Origin: Pelagomonas calceolata
Taxonomy: Eukaryota
NCBI GenBank assembly: GCA_918797485.1
Contig: CAKKNE010000004.1
Coordinates: 3,472,001-3,536,000 of the forward strand
DNA: 64,000 nucleotides
Direction of reading: 5' to 3'
Shown here: positions 49,532 to 61,100 of the stretch, piece by piece
Position numbering within the stretch: the first letter of the stretch is position 1
Layout of the letters: every line of letters begins with the position of its first letter
Made by a program: the position numbers and the translations under genes
The notes under the pieces: model-generated
Databases searched by the model: none
Told to the model about the DNA's origin: nothing
Seen by the model: the letters and a program-made list of their open reading frames with translations, nothing else

Positions 49532-50170
49532 ATGGCCGACGAGCCCGAGTGGGCGCGGCAGCCCCCGCCGGCGCCGCCGCCGGCCGCGCCGCCCGCGGCG
49601 GCGAGCCCCGAGCCGGACTGGGCCAAGCCGGCGCCCGCTCCATCAAACGAGCCCGCGTGGGCGCGGACGCCGGCGCCGGCCCCCGCGCCTTCATTGAATG
49701 AGCGCGTCGGCGCCGCCGTTGTCGGCGCGGCGATTGGGGCAGCCAAGCCGCCCATGGACATGTCCTTCTTAAATTTACCGAAGCCGATCCTCGCGATGCG
49801 GTTCATGAACGTGCTGAGCGCCTTCATGCTGAGCTTTTGCGCTATTACCAAACTCATGACCACCGATAGATTGGCGCCGGGCATCGTGGCGGTCTACATC
49901 TTTATTTTTGCCGTGGCCATTTTCCTCTTCGAGCTGCACATTCCGCAATTAGGAAGGGGCCTCGCGGAGAATTTGGGGTTCCTCTACTCGGCGATGGGCC
50001 GCTTCTGGTTCCTGATTCTGGTGGCTATATTGGCAGCGTCGGGCCACGGTTTGTGGGGCATCTTCACGGTCATTCTGGTGGTGTGCACGGCCGTCGTGAA
50101 CGCGCTCATCTGGTGGAAGTACCCCGACTACGAGAAGGGCTGCCGCATCGTCGACCTCGGCCAGGCCTGA
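49532..50170 (+). CDS. COPI-associated/TVP15-like small multi-TM protein
   Basis: Y..IFA..IFLFE...ENLGFLYSAMGRFWF pattern; about 4 TM helices; Pro-rich N-terminus with EPxWA repeats. Confidence 0.75.
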   Translation: MADEPEWARQPPPAPPPAAPPAAASPEPDWAKPAPAPSNEPAWARTPAPAPAPSLNERVGAAVVGAAIGAAKPPMDMSFLNLPKPILAMRFMNVLSAFMLSFCAITKLMTTDRLAPGIVAVYIFIFAVAIFLFELHIPQLGRGLAENLGFLYSAMGRFWFLILVAILAASGHGLWGIFTVILVVCTAVVNALIWWKYPDYEKGCRIVDLGQA

Positions 50171-50217
50171 GGCATCCAATTCTCTGGAAATACATAATCA
50201 CACATTTATACACACTA

Positions 50218-51588
50218 CTAGCCTCGGAGGAGCACGTTCTCGACGGCCTGGAGCTCCTCCGCGGGGTCCTCCTCGGTCTGCACTGGTTTTGTTTCAAAAC
50301 CGTCGAAGTGCTTCCGCGCGACGAAGCGGAACGCGATGGCCGTGAGCAGAACAAGTACGGCGCAGAGGAAGAGGACCGCGGGTCGGCTCACGCCTAGATG
50401 GCCCGCGGCGACGAAGAGAAAACCGCCCATCAGGTCACCTACTGCCGTCGTTAAGAGGTAGAGCGCCGAGACGGATGCGCGCATCGCTTCGGGTGCTTTC
50501 TCGTACGAGTACTCGAGCCCGGTCACGCTCACCAGGATCTCGGCGACAGTGATGAGAAAGAGCTGCGGAAGCTGCCAGAGGATGTTCACGCGCTGCCCGC
50601 TGTTCACCCTCAGGTCCAGGAGACCAGCGACGACGAACGCGGCCGCCGCGACAATCATGCCGGCCATCATGCGCCATGGCGCGCGCGTGCTGACGCCCCG
50701 TCTTTCCAATGCCGGATATATAACCTTTTCGAAGAGCGGCAGGAGCAGCAGGATGAGGACGGGGTTGATGACGCCCATCGTCTCCGGTTGTAGTTTGCCC
50801 TTGAAGTTCTTCATCTCCGACGCCTGGACGACCCAGATGCTCCCTTGCTGGTCGTAGAGCATCCAGAACACGGGCAGCAGGACCATCACCTCGCCAATCG
50901 ACCGCAGCTCCCGGGCGTCGTCGTCGTCCGGCACGCGCCACGCGCACGCGCGCCAGATGGCCGCCGGCACGCCGACGCCGCCCTCGCGCGGCGGCAGCAT
51001 CGTGTATTTGCGCCGCCCTCCAATAAAAACGGCGAGGGCCGCCGCGAGGAGGACCGCGGGCACGGCGAACGCAGCAGCGTAGCCAAAAATGGCCCGCATG
51101 GCCGGGACGAGGAGGTACGAGAAGACCGAGCCGAGGTTTATGGACGCGTAGAACACGGCGAAGTACCGCCGCGTCGCCTCGCTCGCGTCGCCGATCGCGT
51201 TGTCGATTTGATCCGCACCGAACGTGGACACGCAGGGCTTGATGCCACCCGTACCCAAGCCGACGAACACCAGGGCTACGATCGTCCAGGGAAGCGACGC
51301 CACGGCGGCCGCGGCCACGAGGACCCACAGGCCGACGGCGTAGACGCTGCCGAAGCGCATGATCGTCGCGTAACGGCCCCAGCGCTCGTCCGACAGCCAA
51401 GCGCCGACCAACGGCGCGGCGTAGGCGAGCGCCGAGGTGAACATGAAGCCAGCCGCCGCGCTGCTCTCGCGCATGTCTAGGCTGACGAAATAGAGAGTGA
51501 GGATTGCTCGAAAACCGTAGTACGAGAACCGCTCCATGCCTTCCATAAGGATGATGCGCCAAACATGCGCAGGCGTGCCTGCCAGCAT
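50218..51588 (-). CDS. POT/PTR (SLC15) proton-dependent oligopeptide transporter
   Basis: EGMERFSYYG, GAWLSD..WGRY, GTGGIKPCVSTFGADQ, FYASINLGS, GLEYSYEKAP. Confidence 0.95.
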   Translation of the reverse strand: MLAGTPAHVWRIILMEGMERFSYYGFRAILTLYFVSLDMRESSAAAGFMFTSALAYAAPLVGAWLSDERWGRYATIMRFGSVYAVGLWVLVAAAAVASLPWTIVALVFVGLGTGGIKPCVSTFGADQIDNAIGDASEATRRYFAVFYASINLGSVFSYLLVPAMRAIFGYAAAFAVPAVLLAAALAVFIGGRRKYTMLPPREGGVGVPAAIWRACAWRVPDDDDARELRSIGEVMVLLPVFWMLYDQQGSIWVVQASEMKNFKGKLQPETMGVINPVLILLLLPLFEKVIYPALERRGVSTRAPWRMMAGMIVAAAAFVVAGLLDLRVNSGQRVNILWQLPQLFLITVAEILVSVTGLEYSYEKAPEAMRASVSALYLLTTAVGDLMGGFLFVAAGHLGVSRPAVLFLCAVLVLLTAIAFRFVARKHFDGFETKPVQTEEDPAEELQAVENVLLRG

Positions 51589-51789
51589 GCTTGCTTGCTC
51601 TCGTCGGACTGCGGCAGGTGCTGTGGAGCGGCGGGCAGCTTTGCACCCAAGCCGTGCCGCTATTTATGCGAAAGCACGAAGTGCAGGCTACGCAACGAAC
51701 TAGTAATGTCTATGCGTGGCAGTGCTTGTAATTTTAGCGTACCGACAGCCCGGAGAAGCACTCAAATAGCAAGCCGTAATCCCGCGTGG

Positions 51790-51813
51790 GCTAGCGGCAT
51801 GTAAGACACTAGC
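51790..51813 (-). promoter_or_regulatory. CTAG-bounded upstream motif
   Basis: gctagcggcatgtaagacactagc; also shares the flank aatcccgcgtgg with the 7606-7640 copy. Confidence 0.7.
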
Positions 51814-51836
51814 AAATGTGCAATCTCCGTACTTAC

Positions 51837-52932
51837 TCACCCCGGCACGGCAACGGGACTCGAGAACGTCACGGTCCGCAGAGCCGCCGTCTCGTCCGGA
51901 GGCCGCGTCGACACGTGGACGACCGCGGGCCAGCTCGACCCGGGCCGGTACACGGTCACGGCAGTGTAATCGGGGTCAGCCCGTCTCTCGCGCGGCGGCT
52001 TTCGTTTCGGAGACTTCGGCAGCGTCATATCGAAGCGCTTCGTCCGGTCGAAGGCCCCGAGCAGGGCCTGCATCGGCTTCTTGGCCGCGGATACCTTCCG
52101 ATACCTCGGGGGCACCGCCGCGGCCCGCTTCCGCCGCGACAGTTCGGCGTCGAGCCGCGCGGCGAAGGGTCGCCGCGGCCGCGTCGAGCGCGCCTTCGGC
52201 GGCGGCGGGTCGACGCACGCGGCCCACTCGGCGCACTTCTCGATGACTCGCAGCTGGTCGAGCTGTTTGCGCTTCTCCGGCGACGTGGGGGACCCGGGAC
52301 CCATGAGCGCGTCGAGCATCTGGCGCCGCCGCGCGACGGAGATCTGCGTCTCGACTGCGAGCAGGTCGCTCGAGCCCTTCGCCGCCGTCTTTCGGAGCTC
52401 GGCCGGCCGCAGTCCGTTCGTGATGGCGAAGTCGCGGAACTCGTCCATGTTCAAGCCAGGTTCGCCGTCAGCGTCCTTCTCGTTGATGGCGTTGGCGAGC
52501 CGCTCGACGGCGGCCCGGTCCCGGGCCACGCCCAAAATGGCCATGGGCTCGATGAGCTCGCGAGCATCGACAGAGCCGTCCCGCGTGACGTCGAGCGTGC
52601 GGAACCAATCCTGCGTGGAGGTCGACCGGTGCGTGCCCTGCTTTGGACGAGGGGAGCGGGTCGCGTCGATGGCGTCTCGGTCGACGGATTCCAAGGACGC
52701 CGCGTCGCACCTCGACGTCCCGCTTCTGCTCGTCCTTCCGCCGCAGCATCTCGTAGCCGACGAGGCCGTGGATCTTCGCGTGCTTCACCGTGTCGACGCG
52801 CTGGCTCTCGGCCCAGGCGTCCTGCAGGATCTTCTTCCGTCGCCGGGTGTCGCGGCTCAGGGCCGCGAGCTTCTCATCGGCCGTGGGCTCGCGCTTGCTC
52901 TTGCCGATGGAGAGGTCGAGGAGGTCCAGCAT
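51837..52932 (-). CDS. EF-hand protein; exons 52932-52711, 52610-51837
   Basis: Splicing gag|gtgcga...ccacgcag|gat gives RDVEDWFRTLDVTRDGSVDAREL (EF-hand) and a second degenerate loop DADGEPGLNMDEF. Confidence 0.75.
52611..52710 (-). other. 100-nt GT-AG intron, decayed introner-like
   Basis: 3' end caccggtcgacctccacgcag and internal cgccatcgacgcga shared with the introners. Confidence 0.8.
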
Positions 52933-53486
52933 GGTGCTGCTGGGGTAGGGTTAGGTTAGCCGCTCCTACGTGCTCCTTAGCTTGGCAATCGTTCGTGCCG
53001 GAGGGAGGCCGACTGCGGGCTGCAGCAGCACGCACACGGGCTGCCCGAGAGCCCCAGGGGAGCTCACGGAGGCTGCCCCAACGCGAGCATCTCCCAGCGT
53101 CGGGTTTTGAATTGCTAGCGCCATAATTGCGGCCCGAGGCCTCTCCCGACCCCTCGCCCCGGGCTCCTCGACGACGGATACGCCGCAGAGACCTCACCGG
53201 AGCGGACCCCCACCCTGGCGAGGTTAATGATGCAGCGGCGCCTCGATCGAGGCGGGACGTCTTCGGGGAGCCCGGCTCGGGCGATTTTCGGGGCGTGGCA
53301 GCCTCCTTCGCCCCAGCGGGCAGCCGTCTGACCCTCGGAAGCGGCGGGGCAGGCCCTGCGGCGCCGCTAGGGCCCTGCCAGCGAGCGCGCGCTCCTGGAA
53401 ACTTGGCAAGCCGGCGCGCGGGAGCGGCGCGGCGCGCGCGGAACTTGGCGCTGCGCGCGCGGGAGCGGCGCGGCGCGCACACGGCG

Positions 53487-55418
53487 ATGGCCACGCGCGT
53501 GAGCGCGACGGCGCCTACGTCGTGTCGACGACGATGGTGGCCCCGGGCCCTGCTTATGATAGCGGCGGCGGCGGCGCAGTGCGACTATAATGACGATTCC
53601 TGCATCGTCATCGTCGCCTGCGGCGACTCGATCACGCGCGGCGGTCACGGCACGAAGGGCTGGGACTGGCCGGAGCTCGTCCAGGACGAGCTGGGCGACA
53701 ATTATCTGGTCATCAATAGAGGCGTGAGCGGCTCGACGCTCACGGACTTTACGGACCGAGCCTGGATCGACACGTCGCACGGCGAGGAGGCGTTGGAGGA
53801 CTCGCGCAAGGCGAACGCGTTTGTTGTTGCTTTAGGTACGAACGACGCGAAAAGTGGGGGCGACGAGCCCATCTGGCCGCTCCTTGGGCCCCACGAGTTC
53901 GCGGACGCCTACGAGCACGTCCTCGATGAGCTGAGGGACGCCGCCGACGAGGAGCCCATCATGTTCGTGGCGACGCCCATCCCGCAGTCGGAAGATTCGG
54001 GGAAATGGCCGGACGTCGACATCCTGAACGTCGAGATGCCGCCCATCATCGAGGGCATCGCTCATGATAATGATGCTATTCTAATTGATGCGCACCTCGC
54101 GGACTTCTACGACGCAAATGGTGATGTAGACCCCCAGTTTTATGATGATTCTGTGCACCCGAACGACGCCGGCTACAAGCTCATCGCCTCGGCCGTCGCG
54201 GACGCGATCCGACAACAGTTCCCGGCGCCGTCGCCGCGGCCGACGCATAAACCGAGCTACGCGCCGACCGTGCGGCCGTCGTCACGGCCTTCGCCGCGGC
54301 CTACATTTATACCGTCGCCCGCGCCGACGCCGCGGCCGACGACGCCCGCGCCGTCGCCGGCGCCTTCATTCAGGCCAACCCAAAAGCCGTCGCCCGCGCC
54401 GTCCTCGATACCGACGGCGGCGCCCACGCCGGTACCGCGCGCCTCGTCCAATAAACAGGACGAGCCCGTCTCGGCCGCGGGCGCCGCGGTCGGCACCGTG
54501 CTGGGCGCGTTCGTGCTCGTGGGGTCCTACGTCTTGGTCCAGGGCGTCCGGAAGCTGCGGCGGAAGAAGGAGCGCGTCCAGGGCGCGACGGACTCGCCGC
54601 CGCCGCCGCCGTCGTTCTCGCCGCCGGGCGACGAGAAGGGGCTCCTGTCGTCGCCGGACAACTGGTGGCGCAAGCGTTTGGCGGGAGGCACGTCGCGCTA
54701 CGAGCATAGTGATGATGACGTGCGCATCACGGTCGACTTTGGCGGGCGCCGCGTGCCGGTGGCGAACGCACGGTCGAACTCGCCAGCCGGTTTTGGGAAG
54801 TGGTTCCGGCCGCTGTCGCCGCGGCGCTTTCTCTGGAAGAACTCCTTCGATGCGAGTGAGGCGGCCTGCCCGACGCCCGACGGCGAGGAGGTCAAGGAGG
54901 AGTACCCTGATGATCGTGTCAAGCGGCCGACGCCGCGGCGGCCCTTGGGGGAGGCCTCCGACGTCTTCGCCATCGAGATGTCGCCGCGGTCGCACTCGCC
55001 GACGCCCACCGATAGTAGTTTTGCCGAGTCGCTCGGCGAGTCGGACGTGGTGGTGGTGGCGCTCGACGTCGACTCGCAGAGCGCGCGCTCGGAGTCGCCT
55101 CCCTTGGAACCGTCGCCCGCCACGCCGCCGACGTCGCCTCTCCAAAAACTCATGAAGTCGGTCTCGAACAGCATGCTGGGCAAGAACAGCTGGGCGAAGA
55201 CGCAGGCGTCGCCGGCGGCGCAGCGCGCGCGGCGGCGCGCGTGGTCCGAGACCGACGACTTCTCGCGCGGCACGCCGTCGCCGCCGGCCTCCGACGACGT
55301 CAGCTCCGAGGCGAGCTCCGTGCCGCCGCCGCCGGCGGCGCCGTCGCCGCAGCCGCCCTTCGGGTCCCCGGCGCGGTTTCCGCAACCCATCTTCGCCGAC
55401 GACTCGGACGATCTCTAG
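53487..55418 (+). CDS. SGNH/GDSL esterase ectodomain + Pro/Thr/Ser stalk + TM + low-complexity tail
   Basis: GDSIT, NRGVSG, LGTND, DSVHPN..GY; PTxxPS repeats; TM AVGTVLGAFVLVGSYVLV. Confidence 0.88.
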   Translation: MATRVSATAPTSCRRRWWPRALLMIAAAAAQCDYNDDSCIVIVACGDSITRGGHGTKGWDWPELVQDELGDNYLVINRGVSGSTLTDFTDRAWIDTSHGEEALEDSRKANAFVVALGTNDAKSGGDEPIWPLLGPHEFADAYEHVLDELRDAADEEPIMFVATPIPQSEDSGKWPDVDILNVEMPPIIEGIAHDNDAILIDAHLADFYDANGDVDPQFYDDSVHPNDAGYKLIASAVADAIRQQFPAPSPRPTHKPSYAPTVRPSSRPSPRPTFIPSPAPTPRPTTPAPSPAPSFRPTQKPSPAPSSIPTAAPTPVPRASSNKQDEPVSAAGAAVGTVLGAFVLVGSYVLVQGVRKLRRKKERVQGATDSPPPPPSFSPPGDEKGLLSSPDNWWRKRLAGGTSRYEHSDDDVRITVDFGGRRVPVANARSNSPAGFGKWFRPLSPRRFLWKNSFDASEAACPTPDGEEVKEEYPDDRVKRPTPRRPLGEASDVFAIEMSPRSHSPTPTDSSFAESLGESDVVVVALDVDSQSARSESPPLEPSPATPPTSPLQKLMKSVSNSMLGKNSWAKTQASPAAQRARRRAWSETDDFSRGTPSPPASDDVSSEASSVPPPPAAPSPQPPFGSPARFPQPIFADDSDDL

Positions 55419-55615
55419 TCCCGGCTTTCACCCCGGGACGCTCTCTTAATTTATTAGCTGTGAATTCTTGTCTCTCTCTGTGTGCCCGCGGCGACGACGA
55501 TGTCGAGGCTGAACGTAGCAGTTCGCCTTCTTACAGTAGCGAGAGCGCTCTCAGTGACGGTTAATGGGACGCGTTTTTGTGTACGTGTTGCTTCCCACCT
55601 TTTCCGGTCCATTAT

Positions 55616-55638
55616 GCTAGCGTGATAAACGTGCTAGC
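55616..55638 (-). promoter_or_regulatory. CTAG-bounded upstream motif, subtype B
   Basis: gctagcgtgataaacgtgctagc upstream of the KRE6-like gene. Confidence 0.5.
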
Positions 55639-55781
55639 CCCTGGACAACGTGTGTCAGCTGGACCAAAAAACGGGGATACACCACATATGAGAGCATAGC
55701 TTGTGCCTAGGCAATCTCAACTATTCACCCAGTGCCAGCGCTGCACCACTAGCCCTCAGCTTGCAGCTTACGCGTGCAGAC

Positions 55782-57596
55782 ATGGGCGATTTTGCATCCC
55801 CAGAGGCAGGCGGCGATGCGACGACGCCGCGGCGACGCAACGCCGACGAGGACGCGACGACGCCGCGGCAAGAGCCCCGCGACGTCGCCGCCCCGCCGGC
55901 GCGCGCGCGCCGACGACGAACCCACACCTTGAGCCGCTGCGCCTTCCTCCTCAGCTTGCGTGGCTGTAGTGGCGGCTGGGTCGACCCCGACACGCCGAAG
56001 CAGCACCTCAAAACGAAGAGCCTAAGACGGCCGGAAGCAGGAGAGTTCGAGCTCATATACAGTGACGAGTTCGAGGTAGCAGGCCGCACGTTCGACGACG
56101 GGCACGACCCGCGCTGGACGGCCGTCGACAAGAACGACTACACGAACATGGCCCTGCACTTTTATAAAAGTAAACACGTCACTACCAGTGGAGGCGCCTT
56201 GAACATCTCGACGAGGTACGAGCCGACGTCGTTCATGAGCGCGGAGGACAAAAAAGGTTTCGTCGAGATGCAAAAGCGCACGAAGCCCTACGCGTCGGGC
56301 CTAGTACAGGGCTGGGGCAAGTTCTGCTTCACCGGTGGGATCATGGAGGTCCGAGCTCGATTACCCGGTGCCGGCCATGTGGGGGGATTGTGGCCCGCGA
56401 TGTGGTTACTAGGTGCTCTAGCTAGAGCTACTTATGTAGGCTCGACAGATTGGATGTGGCCCTGGTCCTTCGACAAGTGCGACCGGAGCCTGCAGCCAAA
56501 ACAAGAAATTAACGCCTGCGAGCCGAATCCTCATTTCGGCCTCCATTCCAAGGAAGGTAGAGGCGCGCCGGAGATCGACCTGCTCGAGGCCATGCCCGGG
56601 TCTGGCACGCTAGGTTACGGTCTCAAAAAACCTTACTTCAGTGCATCGTATCAGGTGGCGCCGGGCAAGCCGCATGATAGACCGATCGAAGGGAAAAAAC
56701 CGCGCAAGGGCCAGTGGTACGAGAAGGGTTTGGAATATGGCAAGAACGCGACGGTCAACGCCTTCTTCTATGGGGAAGAACTGAGCCACAAGACGAAAAG
56801 AGATACGTACGTCGCGGACGCGGTGTCGGCCAACCGCCCTATCACAGACGACCACTTCCAGAACTACCACACGTATCGGCTCGAGTGGTCGACGACGGAA
56901 GGTCATAAACACCTGTCCTGGTTCCTGGATGGCGAGAAGGTCTTCCACATGCCGCCGGAAGCATTGGAGCTCACAGGAGCCAAGATGCCCGACGAGCCCA
57001 TGCACATCCTGCTGAACACGGCCGTGAGCAGTACGTGGGGCTTCCCGGCACCTTGCCCGCCGGGCTGCGCGTGCGAATGCTTCGATTGTCAAGGATCACT
57101 ACCCGACCCGGCCTGCTCGTGCGGCATGCCCGAGGGTTTATGTGCGATGCTGCCGGCCTTCTATGAGATCGACTCTGTCAGAGTCTGGCAGCAGGCTGAT
57201 GAACCTTCCCATAAAGTAGGGTGTAGTACGGACACGAGACCTACCGCGAAGTTCATCGAGGGTCATAGACATCGCTACTTCGACCCCTACAACGACGAGA
57301 CGCAACCATTGAAACCCCAGGTCCACGGCGGTGGTACTTGTACGAAAGATAAGGACTGCGGGCGGGCGTCGGCTTGTAAGGACGGTCAATGTAAGTGCCA
57401 GGGCGAGTGGACGGGCCCGCACTGTAGAGCCGCCAAGGCCTTTGACGATCACGTCTGGGAGCACCCGCCCACGCTCTCCTTCTACGGGCCCGTCGTGCCG
57501 GCGTCTTTATTGAGATTCGGGGCGCTGCTGGTTGGGGTATTGGCTTCCGTCTTCGCGCTGCACGTCGCGCAGCGCCAGAAGAAGGACCTTAGTTAG
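55782..57596 (+). CDS. GH16 KRE6/SKN1-like beta-glucan transglycosylase
   Basis: GWVDPDTP, LIYSDEF, WGKFCFTGG, GLWPAMW, GRGAPEIDLLE; EGF-like segment and C-terminal TM. Confidence 0.92.
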   Translation: MGDFASPEAGGDATTPRRRNADEDATTPRQEPRDVAAPPARARRRRTHTLSRCAFLLSLRGCSGGWVDPDTPKQHLKTKSLRRPEAGEFELIYSDEFEVAGRTFDDGHDPRWTAVDKNDYTNMALHFYKSKHVTTSGGALNISTRYEPTSFMSAEDKKGFVEMQKRTKPYASGLVQGWGKFCFTGGIMEVRARLPGAGHVGGLWPAMWLLGALARATYVGSTDWMWPWSFDKCDRSLQPKQEINACEPNPHFGLHSKEGRGAPEIDLLEAMPGSGTLGYGLKKPYFSASYQVAPGKPHDRPIEGKKPRKGQWYEKGLEYGKNATVNAFFYGEELSHKTKRDTYVADAVSANRPITDDHFQNYHTYRLEWSTTEGHKHLSWFLDGEKVFHMPPEALELTGAKMPDEPMHILLNTAVSSTWGFPAPCPPGCACECFDCQGSLPDPACSCGMPEGLCAMLPAFYEIDSVRVWQQADEPSHKVGCSTDTRPTAKFIEGHRHRYFDPYNDETQPLKPQVHGGGTCTKDKDCGRASACKDGQCKCQGEWTGPHCRAAKAFDDHVWEHPPTLSFYGPVVPASLLRFGALLVGVLASVFALHVAQRQKKDLS

Positions 57597-58179
57597 TATT
57601 GCACATAAAACGTATCAATCGAAGTCACATACGCCCCCGCGGTGGCGTCCAAGGACGGAATTCCCCTTGCCGGGACGCCACCGACTGCGTGTGCGGGGAC
57701 GCGTGGAACTCGTAGTCGCGGCGATGGCGTGGCGGTGGGGTTGACGCCACGTACGCCCGCCGCGACGCCATCGCCGTGCGGGTGGGGCAGGACTACTCCC
57801 GTCGTTCCCGCGCCATCGCCGCGACACGGACGGGGGCACTGGGAGCGGACCCGCGCCGACACCGCGCCCGCAGACGTGTCCCGGAGTAAGAGGACCCGTA
57901 TGCCCGGGCCCGCGAGAGGTGCCGCGTCGAGCGGCCAAGGCTAGTACCTTCGAACTGAGGGCCGGCCGCTGCTCCAGCGCCGATGAAAATCGCAGCCGGC
58001 CGAGGCCGTTGCGGAGCCATGGATCCTACAGCTGCGTAGGAGCCTTGCGTGAGCAGCGCTCGCGCACCACCGGGCAGCCTTTCCGCCGCGGACGCCGGCA
58101 AGCCACTCTCTGCAGTGTTGCCAGGCAAGCAGCAGACGCAAAGCGCGAACGCGCAGTAAGGGGCACATCAATCAACAAG

Positions 58180-61100
58180 ATGGCCCACACAACAAAAAAA
58201 ATGAAGCTGAAGCGCACGATGCGCGAGGTGCTCGACGACGAGGCGTCGGCGATGAGCGTCGAAGAAGAGCTCATGAACAACGTGGTGAAGATCAATGGGG
58301 TGTGGCAGTTCCGCTCGACCCAGAAGATCTCGAAGCGCCAGAAGGAGGCCCAGGTCCAGCGCATCCAGGAAGAAAAAGCAGAGGAACAGCGCCAATTGGC
58401 GCTGCTCAAGGCGGAAGAAAGTGATGATGAGACGTCCTATCCCGAGGTGCAGCCCGAGGACCTGAACGTCGGCGAGACCTTGGTTCCGGCTCGATTGCAT
58501 CCGGACTACGAGAACTATGTGCGGTTGGCCATCGCCGGAGTAGATAGGTATGATTTGAGGATAATCATGCGCAAGGACGGCCTGGACACGGGCACCCTGA
58601 AAAGGCCGGAGAAGAAAGTCATCCTGGGCAAGAAGATGGTCGAGGCCACGGCCAAGAAGCAGAAACAAGCAGAGCTCGAGGAGACCCCTGAAGAGATCGC
58701 CGCGGCCGAGCGCAAGTTGAAAGCGGTCACGATGCGCAAAGTCACGCGCGTGAAGATGGAAGCTATTGAGTCCATACAACAGCAGCAGGTCGACCTGATG
58801 CGACTCGCTGATAAGCTCGTGGAGCACTACGGGAAGGTCTCGAATTTTGTGGGGATCGAGGCCTTTGGGGACACGGGGATTGGCTACTCCATGCAGATCG
58901 AGGACACGACGATGGTGAAAGGTATCACGGCGTTGTTGTTAGATCACGCCGCGCGCGAGGAAAAAAAGAGGAAAATCTACGCCGCGAAAGATGAAGAAGA
59001 ACTCATGGCGCTGGAGTTCGAGCTAGATAAAAAAGAAGATGATGAAGGCCACGGGAAGGATTTCACGCATGGTAGTCTCATCTACAAGTTGGAGCGCATC
59101 GCGTCGTACATGCAGTACCTCGGGTTCCTAGGTATGTTAGATGTCCCGTGGACGTCTGGTGTCAGGTTGTTCCTAGTCCAAGGCTCCTTCTTCTTGGACT
59201 CGCACATGTGGCCTTTGGTCACGGTTCATCGGTGGATCTGGGAGAGCGGCAAGGTCTACAAAGACGAGGACCATGAAAAAGCGGAGCACGACGCCTACGC
59301 TGCCGGTTTTGAGACCCAGCCTGGTGATGATCGAGCGGGCGGCGCGCCGGCTGTGGGTGGTGGTCGGGGCGGTGGCCGCGGTGGAAGATATTTGATAGGA
59401 GACTTCTACCTGATCGACTTGTACTTCTACCGTGACGTTACAAGATACTGCTATAGCTTAGCATTCTCGGCCATCCTCCTCGTGGCCTTCTTCTTCCTCT
59501 GGCAGGTCGACGACTATACCGATCCCAGGTTTACGGATCGGTGGCGGCTCATGCACATCGAGCACTGGTGGTCGTTAGGTGTTCCGAGGTCGTTCCTCTA
59601 CTTCCTAGGGTACTCTATAGTACTGGTAGTAGCACCAGCCATAGCCCTGGAGTACACGTACGGCACCGCGGGCGAAGGGTCGGAATACATCGCCGAAGGC
59701 CCGGGGAAAGAGAAAGGTGTAAATAGTGGTATGAACCGGTCCATGAAGCACGCGACGACCATGCTCGTTGCCGGTTTGTCGTTGACCGTATACGTCTGGT
59801 TCTTGTATATCTTCTTCACAACCATGATGCGCCGAGTGTTCATCGCCAAGACGAAGCATGCGAAGGCGTATTCATCAGTAGTACTGTTGAAGAACACCTT
59901 GAAGTGGAAGGCTACTCTATTATTAGTGCTAGTGTTCCTGAACTACATGCCGACGTGCTTGTATGTGTTGGGGGGCATGGTACCTGTTTATTCCTCAAAA
60001 GTCTGGGCCGAGACTCTGAAGTACGACCCCTACTACCGGGAGGCGGACTACACCATGCCGGACATGGTGCCGCCCGACTACGGGTCGAACATGAAGGATA
60101 GGTACTGGCTCAACCCCGACCCTGGTTTGGAGCCCGTCGATCCTCATATAAGGCCCTTGAATCGCTACCAGACGCGGAAGACCCAGCGGAAAGAGAATAT
60201 CTATGGCTACACGGGAGGCGGCGACGCGACGCCCTGGGAGCCCGTCAACTACGCGGGGTATCGCCACTATCCGTGTTATTATTTATCCTTCCCGCCGGAG
60301 ATCGCTTCCGAGCCGGAGTCGTCCCACCACTCGGACCAGGGCGTCGTGCGCAAGGACACGGCGATCTATGGCGGGCGGCTGCGGCCGCCCACCTTGACAG
60401 ACGACCCGGGCCTCGACATTCTGGAAGCGACGGATTCTAATGGAGAAAAGTACTGGTACGAGAACCGGCCCGAGGAGGAGAGCTTCAATCGCGACGGGAC
60501 GAAGAAACCCATCAAAAGGTGGGCCTACGACCCGCGATACCGGACGGACTGGCGGAACGAGACCGCATTGCGAAAGTATCCGACCTACGACTGGTCCCGG
60601 GCGTCGGGGCGCGCGGGCGGGCGGGATCGGGAGTTCTGGCGCTGCGTCTATAAGAAGCGCTGCAGCCACGAGTGGAAGGACTGGTGCGCGGCCAAAGAGA
60701 AGGGGCCGTCCGTCATCACGCCCATGTCGTGCCGCCCAGAACCTTTAGGATGGGCGCAGTACGAGCCGCAGGAACGCAAGCCGCACCAGTGTAATAGAAG
60801 AGTGGACTGCATGGACGTGGCTGGGGTGTTGTTATATACGACGTCTTGTCTAGCGGCCGTGTTTTATGTCCTGGGCACACCACTACTCGTGAACTACCTC
60901 ATCCAGCTCACGAGAGCGCAATTGTACGAGTGCGAGTGGTGGACGAACTACGAGACGGCCTGGCGGCGCTTCAACGTCGTTTGTGTGGAATGTGAAGCGT
61001 GGTCCATCGTCCAAGTGGTCTTGGCGGTCGGGGAGGTGTGGAAGGAGCAGGCCGTCCAGGACTTCGTGGAGTACCGGAGGAAGGGGCCCGCCTTCGTCAA

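Noticed and set aside
52941..52960. ggggtagggttaggttag as a telomere-like repeat
   Set aside because: Only one perfect unit; too short to support.
57600..57900. Possible introner remnant after the KRE6-like gene (gcgatggcgtggcggtg)
   Set aside because: Only the internal half-site is similar; no TIRs or TSD found.
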